A DNA stretch of 64,000 nucleotides from Gemmatimonadales bacterium (GCA_036397755.1 DASWII010000024.1:9957-73956); one strand, 5' to 3'. Positions 17,152 to 27,258 are shown, counted from the stretch's first letter. Numbers and translations are program-made. The notes: generated by a model from the sequence alone, not told the origin.

Positions 17152-18435
17152 CTACGCAGCAGACCGCGCCAATCGCAGGCCCATGAATTGCCACCGATCG
17201 GGAGGATAGAAGAAGTTGCGGTACGTGGGCCGGATGTGCGTGCGCGACGTTCCGCAGGACCCCCCGCGCAAGACATTCTGCGCAGACATGAACTTGGCGT
17301 TGTACTCGCCCAGCGCGCCATCAGGCACCCGATATCCAGGGTACGGCGCGTACGCACTCATCGTCCACTCCCACACGTCGCCGAACAACTGCCGGACCCC
17401 CTCGGCGGCTCGGTGGTCGGACGCCAGCGGCCGCGGATGCAGTTCCTCGTTCTCGACGAAGTTCCCCTCGACGGGGACACGTTCAGCCACGACCTCCCAT
17501 TCGGCTTCGGTTGGTAGGCGCGCCCCCGCCCACCGCGCGAAAGCGTCGGCCTCGTACAGACTCACGTGGCACACCGGCTCGTCGGCCCGCACCGGCCGCA
17601 GCCCGGCGAGGGTGTAGCAAAGCCACTCGCTATCCTGCTGTTCCCAGTACAGCGGTCCCTGCCAGCCGCGTTCCTGCAGCGTCGCCCAGCCGTTGGACAG
17701 CCAGAATTCCGGCCGCTCGTAGCCGCCGTCGGCGATGAACTCCAGAAACTCGCCGCACGTCACCAGTCGATCGGCAAGCTCGCAGGCATGGACATACACC
17801 CGGTGTCGCGGCCCCTCGTTGTCGTACGCGAACCCCTCACCGGCATGGCCGATCTCGTAGACCCCCTCTTCGATTCCGGTCCACGTGAGCGCGGGGACGT
17901 CGCCGCCGGGCCCCGTCATTTGGCGTTCGCGGTACACGGGACGCAGCGGGTTCAGCGCGAGGAGGCTCTTGAGATCGGTCACCATCAGCTCCTGGTGCTG
18001 CTGTTCGTGGTTGAGACCAACCTCGATGACGTCCTCCGGCAAAGGCAGTCCCGACGCATCGGCCCGGTGGAACAGCTCCGTCATGTGCGCGTCCACGTGG
18101 GCGCGGTAGCGCTGCACATCCGCCACGGTCGGCCGCGTGATGAGTCCGCGGTGCGGCCGGTGAAACTGCTTGCCGAGCGAGTTGTAGTACGAGTTGAACA
18201 GGAAGTGATACCGCTCGTCGATCGACTCGTAGCCGGGTAGATGGGGCTTGAGGACGAGGGCCTCGAAGAACCAGCTCACATGCGCGAGATGCCACTTGAT
18301 CGGGCTGGCATCCGGCATGGCCTGCACCACATAGTCCTCCACTTCGAGCGGCGCGCAGAACCGCTCCGTTGCGCGCCGGACCTCCGCGTACCGCTGCGCC
18401 AGACTCCGCCCGGTGGTCGGCGTCGTGCGCGTCAT
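17152..18435 (-). CDS. egtB: Ergothioneine biosynthesis sulfoxide synthase EgtB (DinB-like plus FGE-sulfatase domains)
   Basis: Motifs HLAHVSWFFE, FNSYYNSLG, GDVWEWT and the C-terminal RGGSCGTSRTHIRPTYRNFF. The ATG at 18435 lies 2 nt after the egtD stop. Confidence 0.9.
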   Translation of the reverse strand: MTRTTPTTGRSLAQRYAEVRRATERFCAPLEVEDYVVQAMPDASPIKWHLAHVSWFFEALVLKPHLPGYESIDERYHFLFNSYYNSLGKQFHRPHRGLITRPTVADVQRYRAHVDAHMTELFHRADASGLPLPEDVIEVGLNHEQQHQELMVTDLKSLLALNPLRPVYRERQMTGPGGDVPALTWTGIEEGVYEIGHAGEGFAYDNEGPRHRVYVHACELADRLVTCGEFLEFIADGGYERPEFWLSNGWATLQERGWQGPLYWEQQDSEWLCYTLAGLRPVRADEPVCHVSLYEADAFARWAGARLPTEAEWEVVAERVPVEGNFVENEELHPRPLASDHRAAEGVRQLFGDVWEWTMSAYAPYPGYRVPDGALGEYNAKFMSAQNVLRGGSCGTSRTHIRPTYRNFFYPPDRWQFMGLRLARSAA

Positions 18436-18437
18436 CG

Positions 18438-19427
18438 TCACGCTCCTTGTTGCCTCTGAATCAACAGTAACGCGAACCATTCGTCCGGATCGGTGAACAC
18501 GCGCCGGCTCTCGAGGCCGAATGCCCCGAGGTATCGCATCAGGTCCGGCAGCAGGAACTTGCGGCTGATCTCCACCATCACGCGTTCGCCCTCCGGGATG
18601 GGGATCCGCGCACCGAGCGGCGCAATGGTGACGGTCTGCGCCCGCGCGAACCGCGCGAAGATCTCCACGCGCTGCCAGGTCTCGCTATACCGCGCCTCGT
18701 GTTCAATGCCCTCGACGTCCAGCCCCGCACCCAACTCGCGGTTCATCCGCACGAACAGGTTTTTCGTGAATTCCGCGGTGACGCCCGCCGCATCGTTGTA
18801 GGCGGCGTCCAGCACCGCCGGATCCTTCACCAGGTCGGCGCCAAGCAGGAAATAGTCTCCCGGCGCGAGCGCCTGGGTCACGCGCGTCCAAAACGCGGCG
18901 CTCTCGCCCTGGTTGAAGTTCCCCAGCGTCGAACCGAGAAACGCCACCATGCACGGTGAATACTCCCGGAAGCGTGGAAACGCGTCCTGGTAGGGGCCCA
19001 CGATCGGGTGCACGTGGACCTGCGGATGGGCGGCCTCGATCCGGTCGTGCGCCGCCGCCAACGCGGCGCCGCTCACGTCGACCGGCACGTAGTGCAGGTC
19101 TCGCTTCGCCTCGGCATATGCCGAGAGCAGCAGCTCCGTCTTGGTGGACGAGCCGGATCCCAACTCGATCAGGCTCACCGGGCCCGTGATCGCCGCGATC
19201 TCGGGAGCCGCACGCTCCAGAATGCCAACCTCGGTGCGCGTCGGGTAGTACTCCGGGAGCTCCGTGATTTGCTCGAACAGTTCGCTGCCCCGCGCATCGT
19301 ACAGGTACTGACAGGGAAGCCAGCGCGGGGACTCGCTCAGCCCAAGCAAAACCGCCCGTGCGAACGCACGCGTCTCTTCCGACGGGACGGCGTCAGTCGC
19401 GTGCGCGCCCATCCGCCCGCCGTGCAT
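18438..19427 (-). CDS. egtD: L-histidine N-alpha-methyltransferase EgtD
   Basis: Motifs YLYDARGSELFEQITELPEYYPTRTE and LIELGSGSSTKT. The listed ORF carries about 107 implausible N-terminal codons. Start taken at Met108 (19427), alternative 19412. Confidence 0.9.
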   Translation of the reverse strand: MHGGRMGAHATDAVPSEETRAFARAVLLGLSESPRWLPCQYLYDARGSELFEQITELPEYYPTRTEVGILERAAPEIAAITGPVSLIELGSGSSTKTELLLSAYAEAKRDLHYVPVDVSGAALAAAHDRIEAAHPQVHVHPIVGPYQDAFPRFREYSPCMVAFLGSTLGNFNQGESAAFWTRVTQALAPGDYFLLGADLVKDPAVLDAAYNDAAGVTAEFTKNLFVRMNRELGAGLDVEGIEHEARYSETWQRVEIFARFARAQTVTIAPLGARIPIPEGERVMVEISRKFLLPDLMRYLGAFGLESRRVFTDPDEWFALLLIQRQQGA

Positions 19428-19644
19428 GCGCTGACGCTGCGGAGCTTTCGATGTGCGTATCGTGACGGGAGCCTCGAGGTCAACGGTCAATGCGAACGCC
19501 AAACAGATTCCTGAACGTAGGGTGCCACCTCGGATCGGCAAGCAATCCGTGGTGCCTGCAACGTAACCCGGCGCGCCGAGGGAAAGTTCCCGATGGCGCC
19601 GGGGTTTCGAGCACCGTGGGCCCGATCCGCTGGTAGCTCCCTCG

Positions 19645-22593
19645 CTACGTCCCGCGCAACGCGGCCCACCGGTGCTCGAGTTCGCGGATGCGCTCGCGGT
19701 GGGTCTGGGTCGGCGGGTACAGGCTCCCCTGTCGGACGTCCTCTCCATTCAGGGTCTCCGCCAGCGCATAGACGTCGCAGCGCAGTCGCGTCAGCTCGTG
19801 CTGGGAACGCCCCGAACAGCTGCGCGGGCGCCCCACGCTGCCGAGCGCGCGTTGCTCCGCCTCCCACACCGCCTCCTCGAGCTCGAGCAGGCCGACGAGC
19901 ACCGCCTCACGCTCGCGCCACTGTGCGAGCGTGAGTGGCACGTCCGGATCTCCACGCACCTCCACCGTTTGCCGACTCACGCTGCGTCCATCCACCTCCA
20001 GGACGGCGGTGTAGTACCCCGGCGAGACGAACGGGCCCCGCGGCCCGAGTGGGTGAGGGAGCTCCGGCAATCCCGGCTCGCGCCGTACGGGTCCGTGCGG
20101 CGGCGTGCGGTGGCGCAGGTCCCACACCGAGCGTTGCAACCCGGGACCGGGCTCCGCCTCGATCTCGCGTATCGTGGTTCCCGAGTCGGCTTGGATGAGC
20201 AGCCGGGCCGACCGCGCCCCGGGCCCGACGGCATAGGTGAGCACGGCGCCATCCGGAGGGTTCTCGCCGGCGTAGGCCGCCTGTCCGCGGTACGACGTCG
20301 TCTTCCAGTACTGGCGTACCGTCGCCGGGCGGACCGAGAACATGTGACCGGGCGCGCCGGCAACGACCGCTGTCCACTCCGCCAGCGGGCGTGTGTCATC
20401 GAGTATCCAGATGCTGCGACCATGCGTGCCGATCACGAGGTCTTTCTCGCGCGGGTGCACCAGCATGTCATCGTAGTGGGTCGTCGGAAGGTTCGATGCG
20501 AACCGCATCCACCGTCCCCCGGCGTCCAGGCTCACGAACAAGGCGTGTTCCGTCCCCAGGAACATCAACTCCGGGTTGTCCGGATGCTCGACGATGACAT
20601 TGACTGAGCCCTCCGCCGGCAGCCCGTCGATCCGGCTGGTCCAGGTGCGCCCGAAGTCCGCGGTGTGGTACACGAACGGCCGAAAGTCCCCGTCGCGGTG
20701 AGCGTCGAACGTCACCCACGCGACGCCATCGCCGGCTCGCGAACCCGCCACCCGGCTCACGTACGTGCCCGCCGGAACGTCCGGGACGTTGCCGCTGACT
20801 TCGGTCCACGAGCCGCCGCCATCGCGCGAGACCTGGACGTTCCCATCGTCCGTGCCGACCCACAGAATCCGGGGGTCCCGCGGCGACTCCGCGATCGTCG
20901 TGATCTCGCCGTAGGAACTGGTTCCGTCGTTGCGCGAGATCGTGATATCCGCACCGCGCACTCCCATCAGCTCCAACGTGTCGCGATCGATCTGGCGCGT
21001 GAGGTCCACGGTGCGCGCCCAGCTATCCCCACGGTCGTGGGAGATGAACAGCCGGTTCCCACCCACGTACACCGTCGCAGGATCGTGGCGGGACACGAGG
21101 CTGGGGGACACCCAATCCCATCGATAGGTCTCCCCCTCGGGCGGCCGCGGTCGAATGTCGAGCAGGTCACCGGTTTCGGCGTCGAGGCGCGTGTAGCTGC
21201 CGTTCTGGGCGTTGCCGTACACGTACCGGTGACTGGTGGGATCGGGCTGCCAGTACATGCCGTCGCCAAACCCGATCTGCGACCAATCGTCGTTGATGAT
21301 GCCGATCCAGCGTCGCGTCGCACTCGGGCCCATCCACGAGTGGTTGTCCTGCATGCCCCCGTAGATGTAGTACGGATCACGCATGTCCACCCCGATGGCG
21401 TAGAACTGCCCGATGGGGATGTTGTTGATGCGGATGAACGTTGCACCCATATCCCAGGTCTCGTGGAGACCGGCATCCCCGACCAGGTAGTAGTGCTCGG
21501 GATCACCGGGATCGATCCACATATGATGGTAGTCCGCATGCACTCCGACGTCGTACGTCGGGTTGGTCGGCACGCGATCGAAGGTTCGGCCCCCGTCCTC
21601 GCTCTTGTACATGCTGGTGGCCAGGACGTATACCCGATCGGCGTTGGTGGGATCGATGAAGATGTGGCTGTAATACATTGGGCGCGGGTTGAGCGCGTTG
21701 ACCCGTGCCCAGGTGTCGCCCCCGTCCTCGGTCCGGTACGTGCCGCTCCGGTCGGCGTGCTCGATCGTCGCAACGAGCACGCGCGGGTCGGTGCGGGCGA
21801 TCGCCAAGCCAATCCGCCCCTTGTCGCCCGCCGGAATGCCGCGGGTCAGCTCCTGCCACGTCGTTCCGCCATCCCGGCTGCGGTAGATGCCGCTCCCGGG
21901 GCCGCCGCCGTTGAACCCCCACGTGCGGCGAAGACGCTGGTACATAGCCGCGTACAGGACCGCCGGCTGCGCGGGGTTGATGACCAGATCGACCGCGCCG
22001 GTCAGCGAGTCGACCGCAAGGACGCGCGTCCAGTGCCGGCCGGCGTCCGTCGAGCGATATACGCCGCGCTCCTCGCTTGGCTTCCAGAGGTTCCCGAGTG
22101 CCGCCACGTACACGACCTCCGGGTCGCGCGGGTCGACGACGATCTTGCCGATGTGCCGGGTATCGGCGAGCCCAACATGCGTCCAGGTTTCGCCCGCGTC
22201 GTCCGAGCGGTAGACGCCGTTGCCCCATGACGTGGACTGCCGATTGTTCTGTTCGCCCGTTCCGGCATAGAGGATCGACGGGTTGGATGGGGCGACCGCG
22301 ATGTCCCCGAACGTGCTCACGGGATACCGATCGAACACGGGCGTCCACGTGGTGCCCTTGTTTGTGGTCTTCCAGATCCCCCCGGACGCCGTCCCCAAGT
22401 AGATCGTGGACGGGTCGTTTGGGAGCGCTTCTACATCGTGGATGCGGCCTCCCGTGACCGCCGGACCGATGGAGCGAAACCGGAACGCGGCAAGATCGTG
22501 TTCCGTCAAACGCGCATGCTGCGCGAGCAGCGCGGGTGAGACGGCAGTGAGAGCGAGCCCGGCGGCGAGGAGTACTCGAGCGACCCTGCGCAT
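19645..22593 (-). CDS. Secreted BNR/Asp-box repeat protein, paralog of 13911-17045
   Basis: Signal peptide MRRVARVLLAAGLALTAVSPALLAQ. Asp-boxes include TTNKGTTWTP, SDDAGETWTH, STDAGRHWTR, SRDGGTTWQE, TEDGGDTWAR, SRDGGGSWTE and TADFGRTWTS. Confidence 0.85.
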   Translation of the reverse strand: MRRVARVLLAAGLALTAVSPALLAQHARLTEHDLAAFRFRSIGPAVTGGRIHDVEALPNDPSTIYLGTASGGIWKTTNKGTTWTPVFDRYPVSTFGDIAVAPSNPSILYAGTGEQNNRQSTSWGNGVYRSDDAGETWTHVGLADTRHIGKIVVDPRDPEVVYVAALGNLWKPSEERGVYRSTDAGRHWTRVLAVDSLTGAVDLVINPAQPAVLYAAMYQRLRRTWGFNGGGPGSGIYRSRDGGTTWQELTRGIPAGDKGRIGLAIARTDPRVLVATIEHADRSGTYRTEDGGDTWARVNALNPRPMYYSHIFIDPTNADRVYVLATSMYKSEDGGRTFDRVPTNPTYDVGVHADYHHMWIDPGDPEHYYLVGDAGLHETWDMGATFIRINNIPIGQFYAIGVDMRDPYYIYGGMQDNHSWMGPSATRRWIGIINDDWSQIGFGDGMYWQPDPTSHRYVYGNAQNGSYTRLDAETGDLLDIRPRPPEGETYRWDWVSPSLVSRHDPATVYVGGNRLFISHDRGDSWARTVDLTRQIDRDTLELMGVRGADITISRNDGTSSYGEITTIAESPRDPRILWVGTDDGNVQVSRDGGGSWTEVSGNVPDVPAGTYVSRVAGSRAGDGVAWVTFDAHRDGDFRPFVYHTADFGRTWTSRIDGLPAEGSVNVIVEHPDNPELMFLGTEHALFVSLDAGGRWMRFASNLPTTHYDDMLVHPREKDLVIGTHGRSIWILDDTRPLAEWTAVVAGAPGHMFSVRPATVRQYWKTTSYRGQAAYAGENPPDGAVLTYAVGPGARSARLLIQADSGTTIREIEAEPGPGLQRSVWDLRHRTPPHGPVRREPGLPELPHPLGPRGPFVSPGYYTAVLEVDGRSVSRQTVEVRGDPDVPLTLAQWREREAVLVGLLELEEAVWEAEQRALGSVGRPRSCSGRSQHELTRLRCDVYALAETLNGEDVRQGSLYPPTQTHRERIRELEHRWAALRGT

Positions 22594-22724
22594 GGCAACT
22601 CCGGCGATGAACGGTAGAGTGATCGCGAGAAGGTACGTCCCGAAGGCCGCGCTGCAACCTTAAGGGGCCGGCAGGTGTCTATATTGCGTCCTCGCGCCAT
22701 CGCCCTTCACTCCTCGAGAGATCG

Positions 22725-24032
22725 ATGCGACTCGTGAACCGGCTGCAATGTGGAATACTTTTGGCGGGATTCGTGGTGCTGGCCCCCGCGACGGCCCAGC
22801 CGCAAAACCTGGCGACCGACTCGTCGGGCAACCGAACGCTCCTCGTCTTCCTTGATTGCAACGCGCCGTATTGCGATTTCGACCACGCGCGCCGAGAAGT
22901 CACCTGGGTGAATTGGGTGCGTGACCGTACCGATGCGGATGTGCATCTGCTGGTGACCGCCCAGGTGACTGGGGGTGGCGGCTGGGACTTCAACCTGGAC
23001 TTCATCGGCCTCGGCCGGTTCGCCGGTCAAACCCATACGCTGCGGCACGTGTCCGACCCGGACGACGTAGACGCGCGCGTCCGCGACGGCCTGACGCAGG
23101 CGATTCGTCTCGGGCTGGTGCATTACGCTGCACAGACGGCGCTCGCGCCGGGCATCCTTGTGACGTTCGATCAGCCCGCTGGCGCGCCGGCGAACGGCGG
23201 GCAGCAGGAGAACGATCCGTGGAACCTCTGGGTGTTCCGCGTGGGGTTCAACGGCTCACTCGCAGGCGAGGCCAATCAGCGAAGTTACTCCGTGCGTGGC
23301 AACGCTTCGGCCAACCGCACGAGCGACGGCTTCAAGTTCAACATCAACACGTCCGGCCGGCGGAGCGTGGCGGAGTTCGATATCGACGACACGACGACGG
23401 TCGAAAACGTCTCGGAGAATTACAACGCGAACCTCCTTGCCGTCTGGAGCCTGAGCCCGCGCACGTCGTTCGGGTTCACGGCCCGCGCGGAGCGGTCGAC
23501 GTTCAGCAACGTGGAGTATGGCGCCTCGGGCGGACCCGCGATCGAGTTCGACCTTTATCCGTATGCGCAATCCACCAGGCGTTCATTGACGTTGCGGTAT
23601 TCCGTCGAGACCGCGTACTTCAACTACGAGTTGGTGACCGTGACGGGGCGCCTTGCTGAGACGCGGCTGCGCCACGAGTTACAGCTGTCGGCCAACATCC
23701 AGCAGCCCTGGGGACAGGTCTTCGGGTCCGTCGAAGGAATTCAGTACTTCCACGACCTGGGCGCGCACCGCATCGACACATTCGGGGTCATCGAGCTTCG
23801 CGTATTCCGCGGTCTGAGCTTCAACCTTTTTGGTGGCGTGTCGCGCATCAAAGACCAGTTCTTCCTGCCCGCCGCCGGCCTCACGGAGGAGGAAATCCTG
23901 CTGCAGCGCCGAGCCCGCGAGACCGCCTTCCGATTCGACTTCAGCGCCGGGTTCAGCTATCGGTTCGGTTCGAAGTTCGCCAACATCGTGAACCCGAGGA
24001 TGGGGGGTGGGGGCGGCATGTTCTTCTTTTAG
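22725..24032 (+). CDS. Predicted outer-membrane beta-barrel protein, hypothetical
   Basis: Signal peptide (…LAPATAQ), alternating amphipathic strands in the C-terminal two thirds, and a terminal aromatic residue (…GGGGMFFF). Confidence 0.6.
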   Translation: MRLVNRLQCGILLAGFVVLAPATAQPQNLATDSSGNRTLLVFLDCNAPYCDFDHARREVTWVNWVRDRTDADVHLLVTAQVTGGGGWDFNLDFIGLGRFAGQTHTLRHVSDPDDVDARVRDGLTQAIRLGLVHYAAQTALAPGILVTFDQPAGAPANGGQQENDPWNLWVFRVGFNGSLAGEANQRSYSVRGNASANRTSDGFKFNINTSGRRSVAEFDIDDTTTVENVSENYNANLLAVWSLSPRTSFGFTARAERSTFSNVEYGASGGPAIEFDLYPYAQSTRRSLTLRYSVETAYFNYELVTVTGRLAETRLRHELQLSANIQQPWGQVFGSVEGIQYFHDLGAHRIDTFGVIELRVFRGLSFNLFGGVSRIKDQFFLPAAGLTEEEILLQRRARETAFRFDFSAGFSYRFGSKFANIVNPRMGGGGGMFFF

Positions 24033-24544
24033 GGCCGGTTTTAGGGCCGGGTCCGGGAGTTCATAGCCTGGATCGCGCAGCCACGGAGTCCCGAATTGGA
24101 GCGTTGGGACTCGCCGCCGCGGTGTCGAGGGTGGTGAGCGCGCCTCCATTCCCAAGTGCGCGGGGCGAGTTCGAGGGACCCGCCAGGATTCGGCCTCTGT
24201 GAGGAACTCCCGGCCGCCGGAGTTCTCCACAACTCAAAGTTGATTCGTAGCAACGACTTACATCAAGTTGTACGGACAGTGTCGCGATGGTGACGCCATT
24301 GTTCCAATCCTGCGGGAGCGTCCGATGACACGATCTCCCAGGTACAGGGTTGTGGGTCAGGATGTCGCATCAATCGTGAGTTAGTTGATCATTTAACCAA
24401 TACCTTGTAGGCGTGCAGCTCGCCAGAAAACGGTTTATCCGTACCCGTCATTCCCACAAGCTCGAGTCGACTGGGCTCAGAGCTATCTCCCTTCGATCAC
24501 CACACCCCTATTTCACGGGTCAGCCCTGGGGTTAGTTTTTCCGG

Positions 24545-25012
24545 ATGTCTCTTGGTCGTATCGAGTCCCTCTGGATCAAGCGGGCACACGGTGGCCCCAT
24601 GGGCCCAACACCCCGTGTCACACTCATTGCCGGTCATGGGATCGAGGGGAACGCGTCGGTCGGCGGCAAGCGGCACGTGACCGTCCTGTCGCTCGAGCGG
24701 TGGCGGGAGGTCGAGCGGTCGCTTGGGCGCACGATCGACCCCTCGGCCCGGCGGGCCAACGTCTTGGTCAGCGGGATCGACCTTGCGGACGCCCGGGGCA
24801 AGTTGCTCCGACTCGGCAGCGCGCGCATCGCGGTTCGTGGCGAGACGCGCCCCTGCGAGCAAATGGACGAGGCCAGCAGCGGGCTCCGGGCCGCGCTGTC
24901 CCCCCCGTGGGCCGGCGGTCTGTTCGGGGAAGTGGCAGTCGGCGGGGTGATCGCGATCGGCGACCCCGCTTCGTGGGACGACGGTGTGGCACACCAGGAG
25001 GGCTCCGTATGA
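24545..25012 (+). CDS. MOSC domain-containing protein
   Basis: 155 aa. HGIEGN, RHVTVLS and the conserved Cys in [12 protein letters not shown] are typical of the MOSC/YiiM fold. Confidence 0.85.
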   Translation: MSLGRIESLWIKRAHGGPMGPTPRVTLIAGHGIEGNASVGGKRHVTVLSLERWREVERSLGRTIDPSARRANVLVSGIDLADARGKLLRLGSARIAVRGETRPCEQMDEASSGLRAALSPPWAGGLFGEVAVGGVIAIGDPASWDDGVAHQEGSV

Positions 25013-25419
25013 GCGACGCGCGTGATATGACCGACGCCGACTGGCGTGCGAGGCTCACTCCCGAGCAGTACGAGATCACGCGCCTCAAGGGCACAGAGCC
25101 GCCGTTCAGCGGACGGTACGTGGACACCAAGCTGGACGGAACGTATGCCTGTGTCTGCTGCGGTGCGGACCTCTTTTCGTCAGCCACCAAGTACGATTCC
25201 CGATCGGGGTGGCCGAGCTTCTTCGCTCCGACCGCCGAAGCGAGCATCCGCACCGAGACGGACGCCTCCCACGGGATGCACCGCACCGAAGTGCTGTGTG
25301 CGCGCTGCGACGCCCACCTGGGCCACGTCTTTCCCGACGGACCGCAGCCCACGGGTCTCCGCTACTGTATCAACTCGGCGGCGCTCGAGCTGCGAGACGA
25401 CACCAACTCCTCGACCTAA
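25009..25419 (+). CDS. msrB: Peptide-methionine (R)-S-oxide reductase MsrB
   Basis: Motifs [19 protein letters not shown] and [16 protein letters not shown]...RYCINS. The ATG at 25009 overlaps the MOSC stop (ATGA). Confidence 0.95.
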   Translation: MSDARDMTDADWRARLTPEQYEITRLKGTEPPFSGRYVDTKLDGTYACVCCGADLFSSATKYDSRSGWPSFFAPTAEASIRTETDASHGMHRTEVLCARCDAHLGHVFPDGPQPTGLRYCINSAALELRDDTNSST

Positions 25420-25540
25420 TCTGTAAAGTTTCATCTTCAGTTTGCGGTTTCGATACGCTCCTCGAGATAGACTGCGGGGCATCACGGGCGCCCGGCCGCC
25501 GGCTCGGCGCCCGCACGTGTGAGGGGAGAGGGATGATGGA

Positions 25541-27181
25541 ATGACCGATTCCGCCGAACGGAACGACCCGGCGCAGCCGCGCGGTATCCGCCTGCTGCAC
25601 GATCCGCACTTGAACAAGGGCACCGCCTTCACGGAGCCCGAGCGCGACGCGCTCGGGCTGCGCGGCCTGCTGCCGCCACGAGTGCTCTCCATGAAGGAGC
25701 AGCTCGCCCGGGTGCTGGCCAACTTCCGGCTCAAGAGCTCGGATCTCGACCGCTATGTCGATCTGATTGCGCTCCAGGACCGCAACGAAACCCTGTTCTA
25801 TCGCCTGCTCCTCGACAACGTCGAGACGATGCTGCCGGTGGTCTACACCCCGACCGTGGGTGAAGCGTGTAAGAAGTTCGGGCACATCTTCCGGCGGCCG
25901 AGGGGTCTGTACATCTCACTGCACGACCGTGGGCGGATCACGGAACTCCTCGGGAATTGGCCGGAACGACATGTCTCGATCATCGTGGTCACCGACGGGG
26001 AGCGGATTCTCGGACTCGGCGACCTCGGAACGTATGGGATGGGGATCCCGATCGGGAAGCTCGCGTTGTATACGACGTGCGCGGGGATTCACCCACGAGC
26101 GTGCCTGCCCATTACGCTCGACGTGGGCACCAACAACGAGGAACTGCGCAGCGATCCACTGTACACCGGCATCCTCGATCCGCGCGTGCGCGGTCCGGAG
26201 TACCACGAATTTCTCGAGCAGTTCGTCCAGGCCGTGCAGCAGCGCTTCCCCGACGCGGTGCTCCAGTTCGAGGATTTCGCCACCCAGAACGCGCTCGACC
26301 TGCTGCGGCGCTATCGCGACCGTGTGTGCTGCTTCAACGACGACATCCAGGGAACGGCCGCCGTGGCGCTGGCGAGCCTGCTGGCGGTGAACCGGATCAC
26401 CGGCGCCACCCTGAGCGACCAATGCCTGCTTTTTCACGGTGCCGGCTCAGCAGCGACTGGAATCGCCGACCTCATCGCGGAGCACATGACGAGCGAGGGA
26501 CTCAGCCTGGAGGACGCGCGCCGGAGAATCTGGTTCGTGGACTCCAAGGGCCTCGTCGTGCGCGCGCGCGAGGATCTGGCGCCGCACAAGCGCCGATACG
26601 CCCACGACCACGAACCCGTGCGGGATCTCCGAGCGATCGTCGAGGACATCCGGCCGACCGCGCTCGTCGGGGTGTCCGGCCAGGCGCGCGAGTTCACCGA
26701 ACAAGTGGTGCGGGCGATGGCCGCAATCAACCCCAGGCCGATCATCTTCGCGCTCTCGAACCCCACGTCAAAGGCGGAGTGCACCGCGGAGGAAGCGTAC
26801 CGCTGGACGGAGGGCCGGGCCATCTTCGCGAGCGGGAGCCCGTTCGAACCGGTCGAGTTCGCGGGGCACGTGCTCACGCCTGCCCAGGCCAACAACGCCT
26901 ATGTGTTCCCCGGCGTGGGCCTCGGGGTGGTCACATCACGCGCACGATTCGTGACCGACGCGATGTTCGCCGCCGCCGCCGAGACGCTCGCCGGTGAAGC
27001 GTCGGACGAGGTACTCGCGCGGGGATGTCTTCTGCCGCCTTTTCACCGGATCCGGGAGGTCTCGCTCCAGATTGCCATAGCGGTGGCGGAGGTCGCGTTC
27101 GGGAGCGGTTTGGCCCGCATCGACCGCCCCGACGACCTCCGCGCGCACATCCAGCGCTCGATGTACTGGCCGGACTACTAG
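25541..27181 (+). CDS. maeA: NAD(P)-dependent malic enzyme (large, eukaryote-like form)
   Basis: Motifs LHDPHLNKGTAFTEPERDALGLRGLLPP, VVTDGERILGLGDLG and FNDDIQGTAAV. Confidence 0.95.
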   Translation: MTDSAERNDPAQPRGIRLLHDPHLNKGTAFTEPERDALGLRGLLPPRVLSMKEQLARVLANFRLKSSDLDRYVDLIALQDRNETLFYRLLLDNVETMLPVVYTPTVGEACKKFGHIFRRPRGLYISLHDRGRITELLGNWPERHVSIIVVTDGERILGLGDLGTYGMGIPIGKLALYTTCAGIHPRACLPITLDVGTNNEELRSDPLYTGILDPRVRGPEYHEFLEQFVQAVQQRFPDAVLQFEDFATQNALDLLRRYRDRVCCFNDDIQGTAAVALASLLAVNRITGATLSDQCLLFHGAGSAATGIADLIAEHMTSEGLSLEDARRRIWFVDSKGLVVRAREDLAPHKRRYAHDHEPVRDLRAIVEDIRPTALVGVSGQAREFTEQVVRAMAAINPRPIIFALSNPTSKAECTAEEAYRWTEGRAIFASGSPFEPVEFAGHVLTPAQANNAYVFPGVGLGVVTSRARFVTDAMFAAAAETLAGEASDEVLARGCLLPPFHRIREVSLQIAIAVAEVAFGSGLARIDRPDDLRAHIQRSMYWPDY

Positions 27182-27258
27182 CCCAGGAGTTTCCCTGCGG
27201 AAGACGATCCTGGCGGGTCCGTCCGGTCGCTGCCGCACCGGCGGAACCGACGCGCAAC

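Noticed and set aside
14178-17186. A 1002-aa plus-strand ORF, and similar giants at 34319-36682 (787 aa), 4439-5860 (473 aa), 10035-11714 (559 aa), 20665-22230 (521 aa) and 61342-63102 (586 aa).
   Set aside because: All lie antisense to, or out of frame with, genes carrying strong family motifs (BNR protein, CusA, TIGR03545-like, LigD...). Their translations are Arg/Pro/Gly/His-rich low-complexity strings with no recognisable domains, which is the expected stop-poor shadow frames of GC-rich DNA. ORF 10035-11714 even runs across a terminator hairpin, two opposite-strand genes and into a tRNA.
24241-24540. Housekeeping RNA genes (tmRNA, RNase P RNA, SRP/4.5S RNA, 6S RNA) or a tRNA in the low-GC spacer. 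The stretch GGGUCAGGA briefly resembled the SRP domain IV motif.
   Set aside because: The flanking conserved elements are absent: GAAGCAGCC for SRP, GAGGAAAGUCC for RNase P, and a tRNA-like 3' end with GGUUCGAAUCC for tmRNA. No cloverleaf can be drawn.
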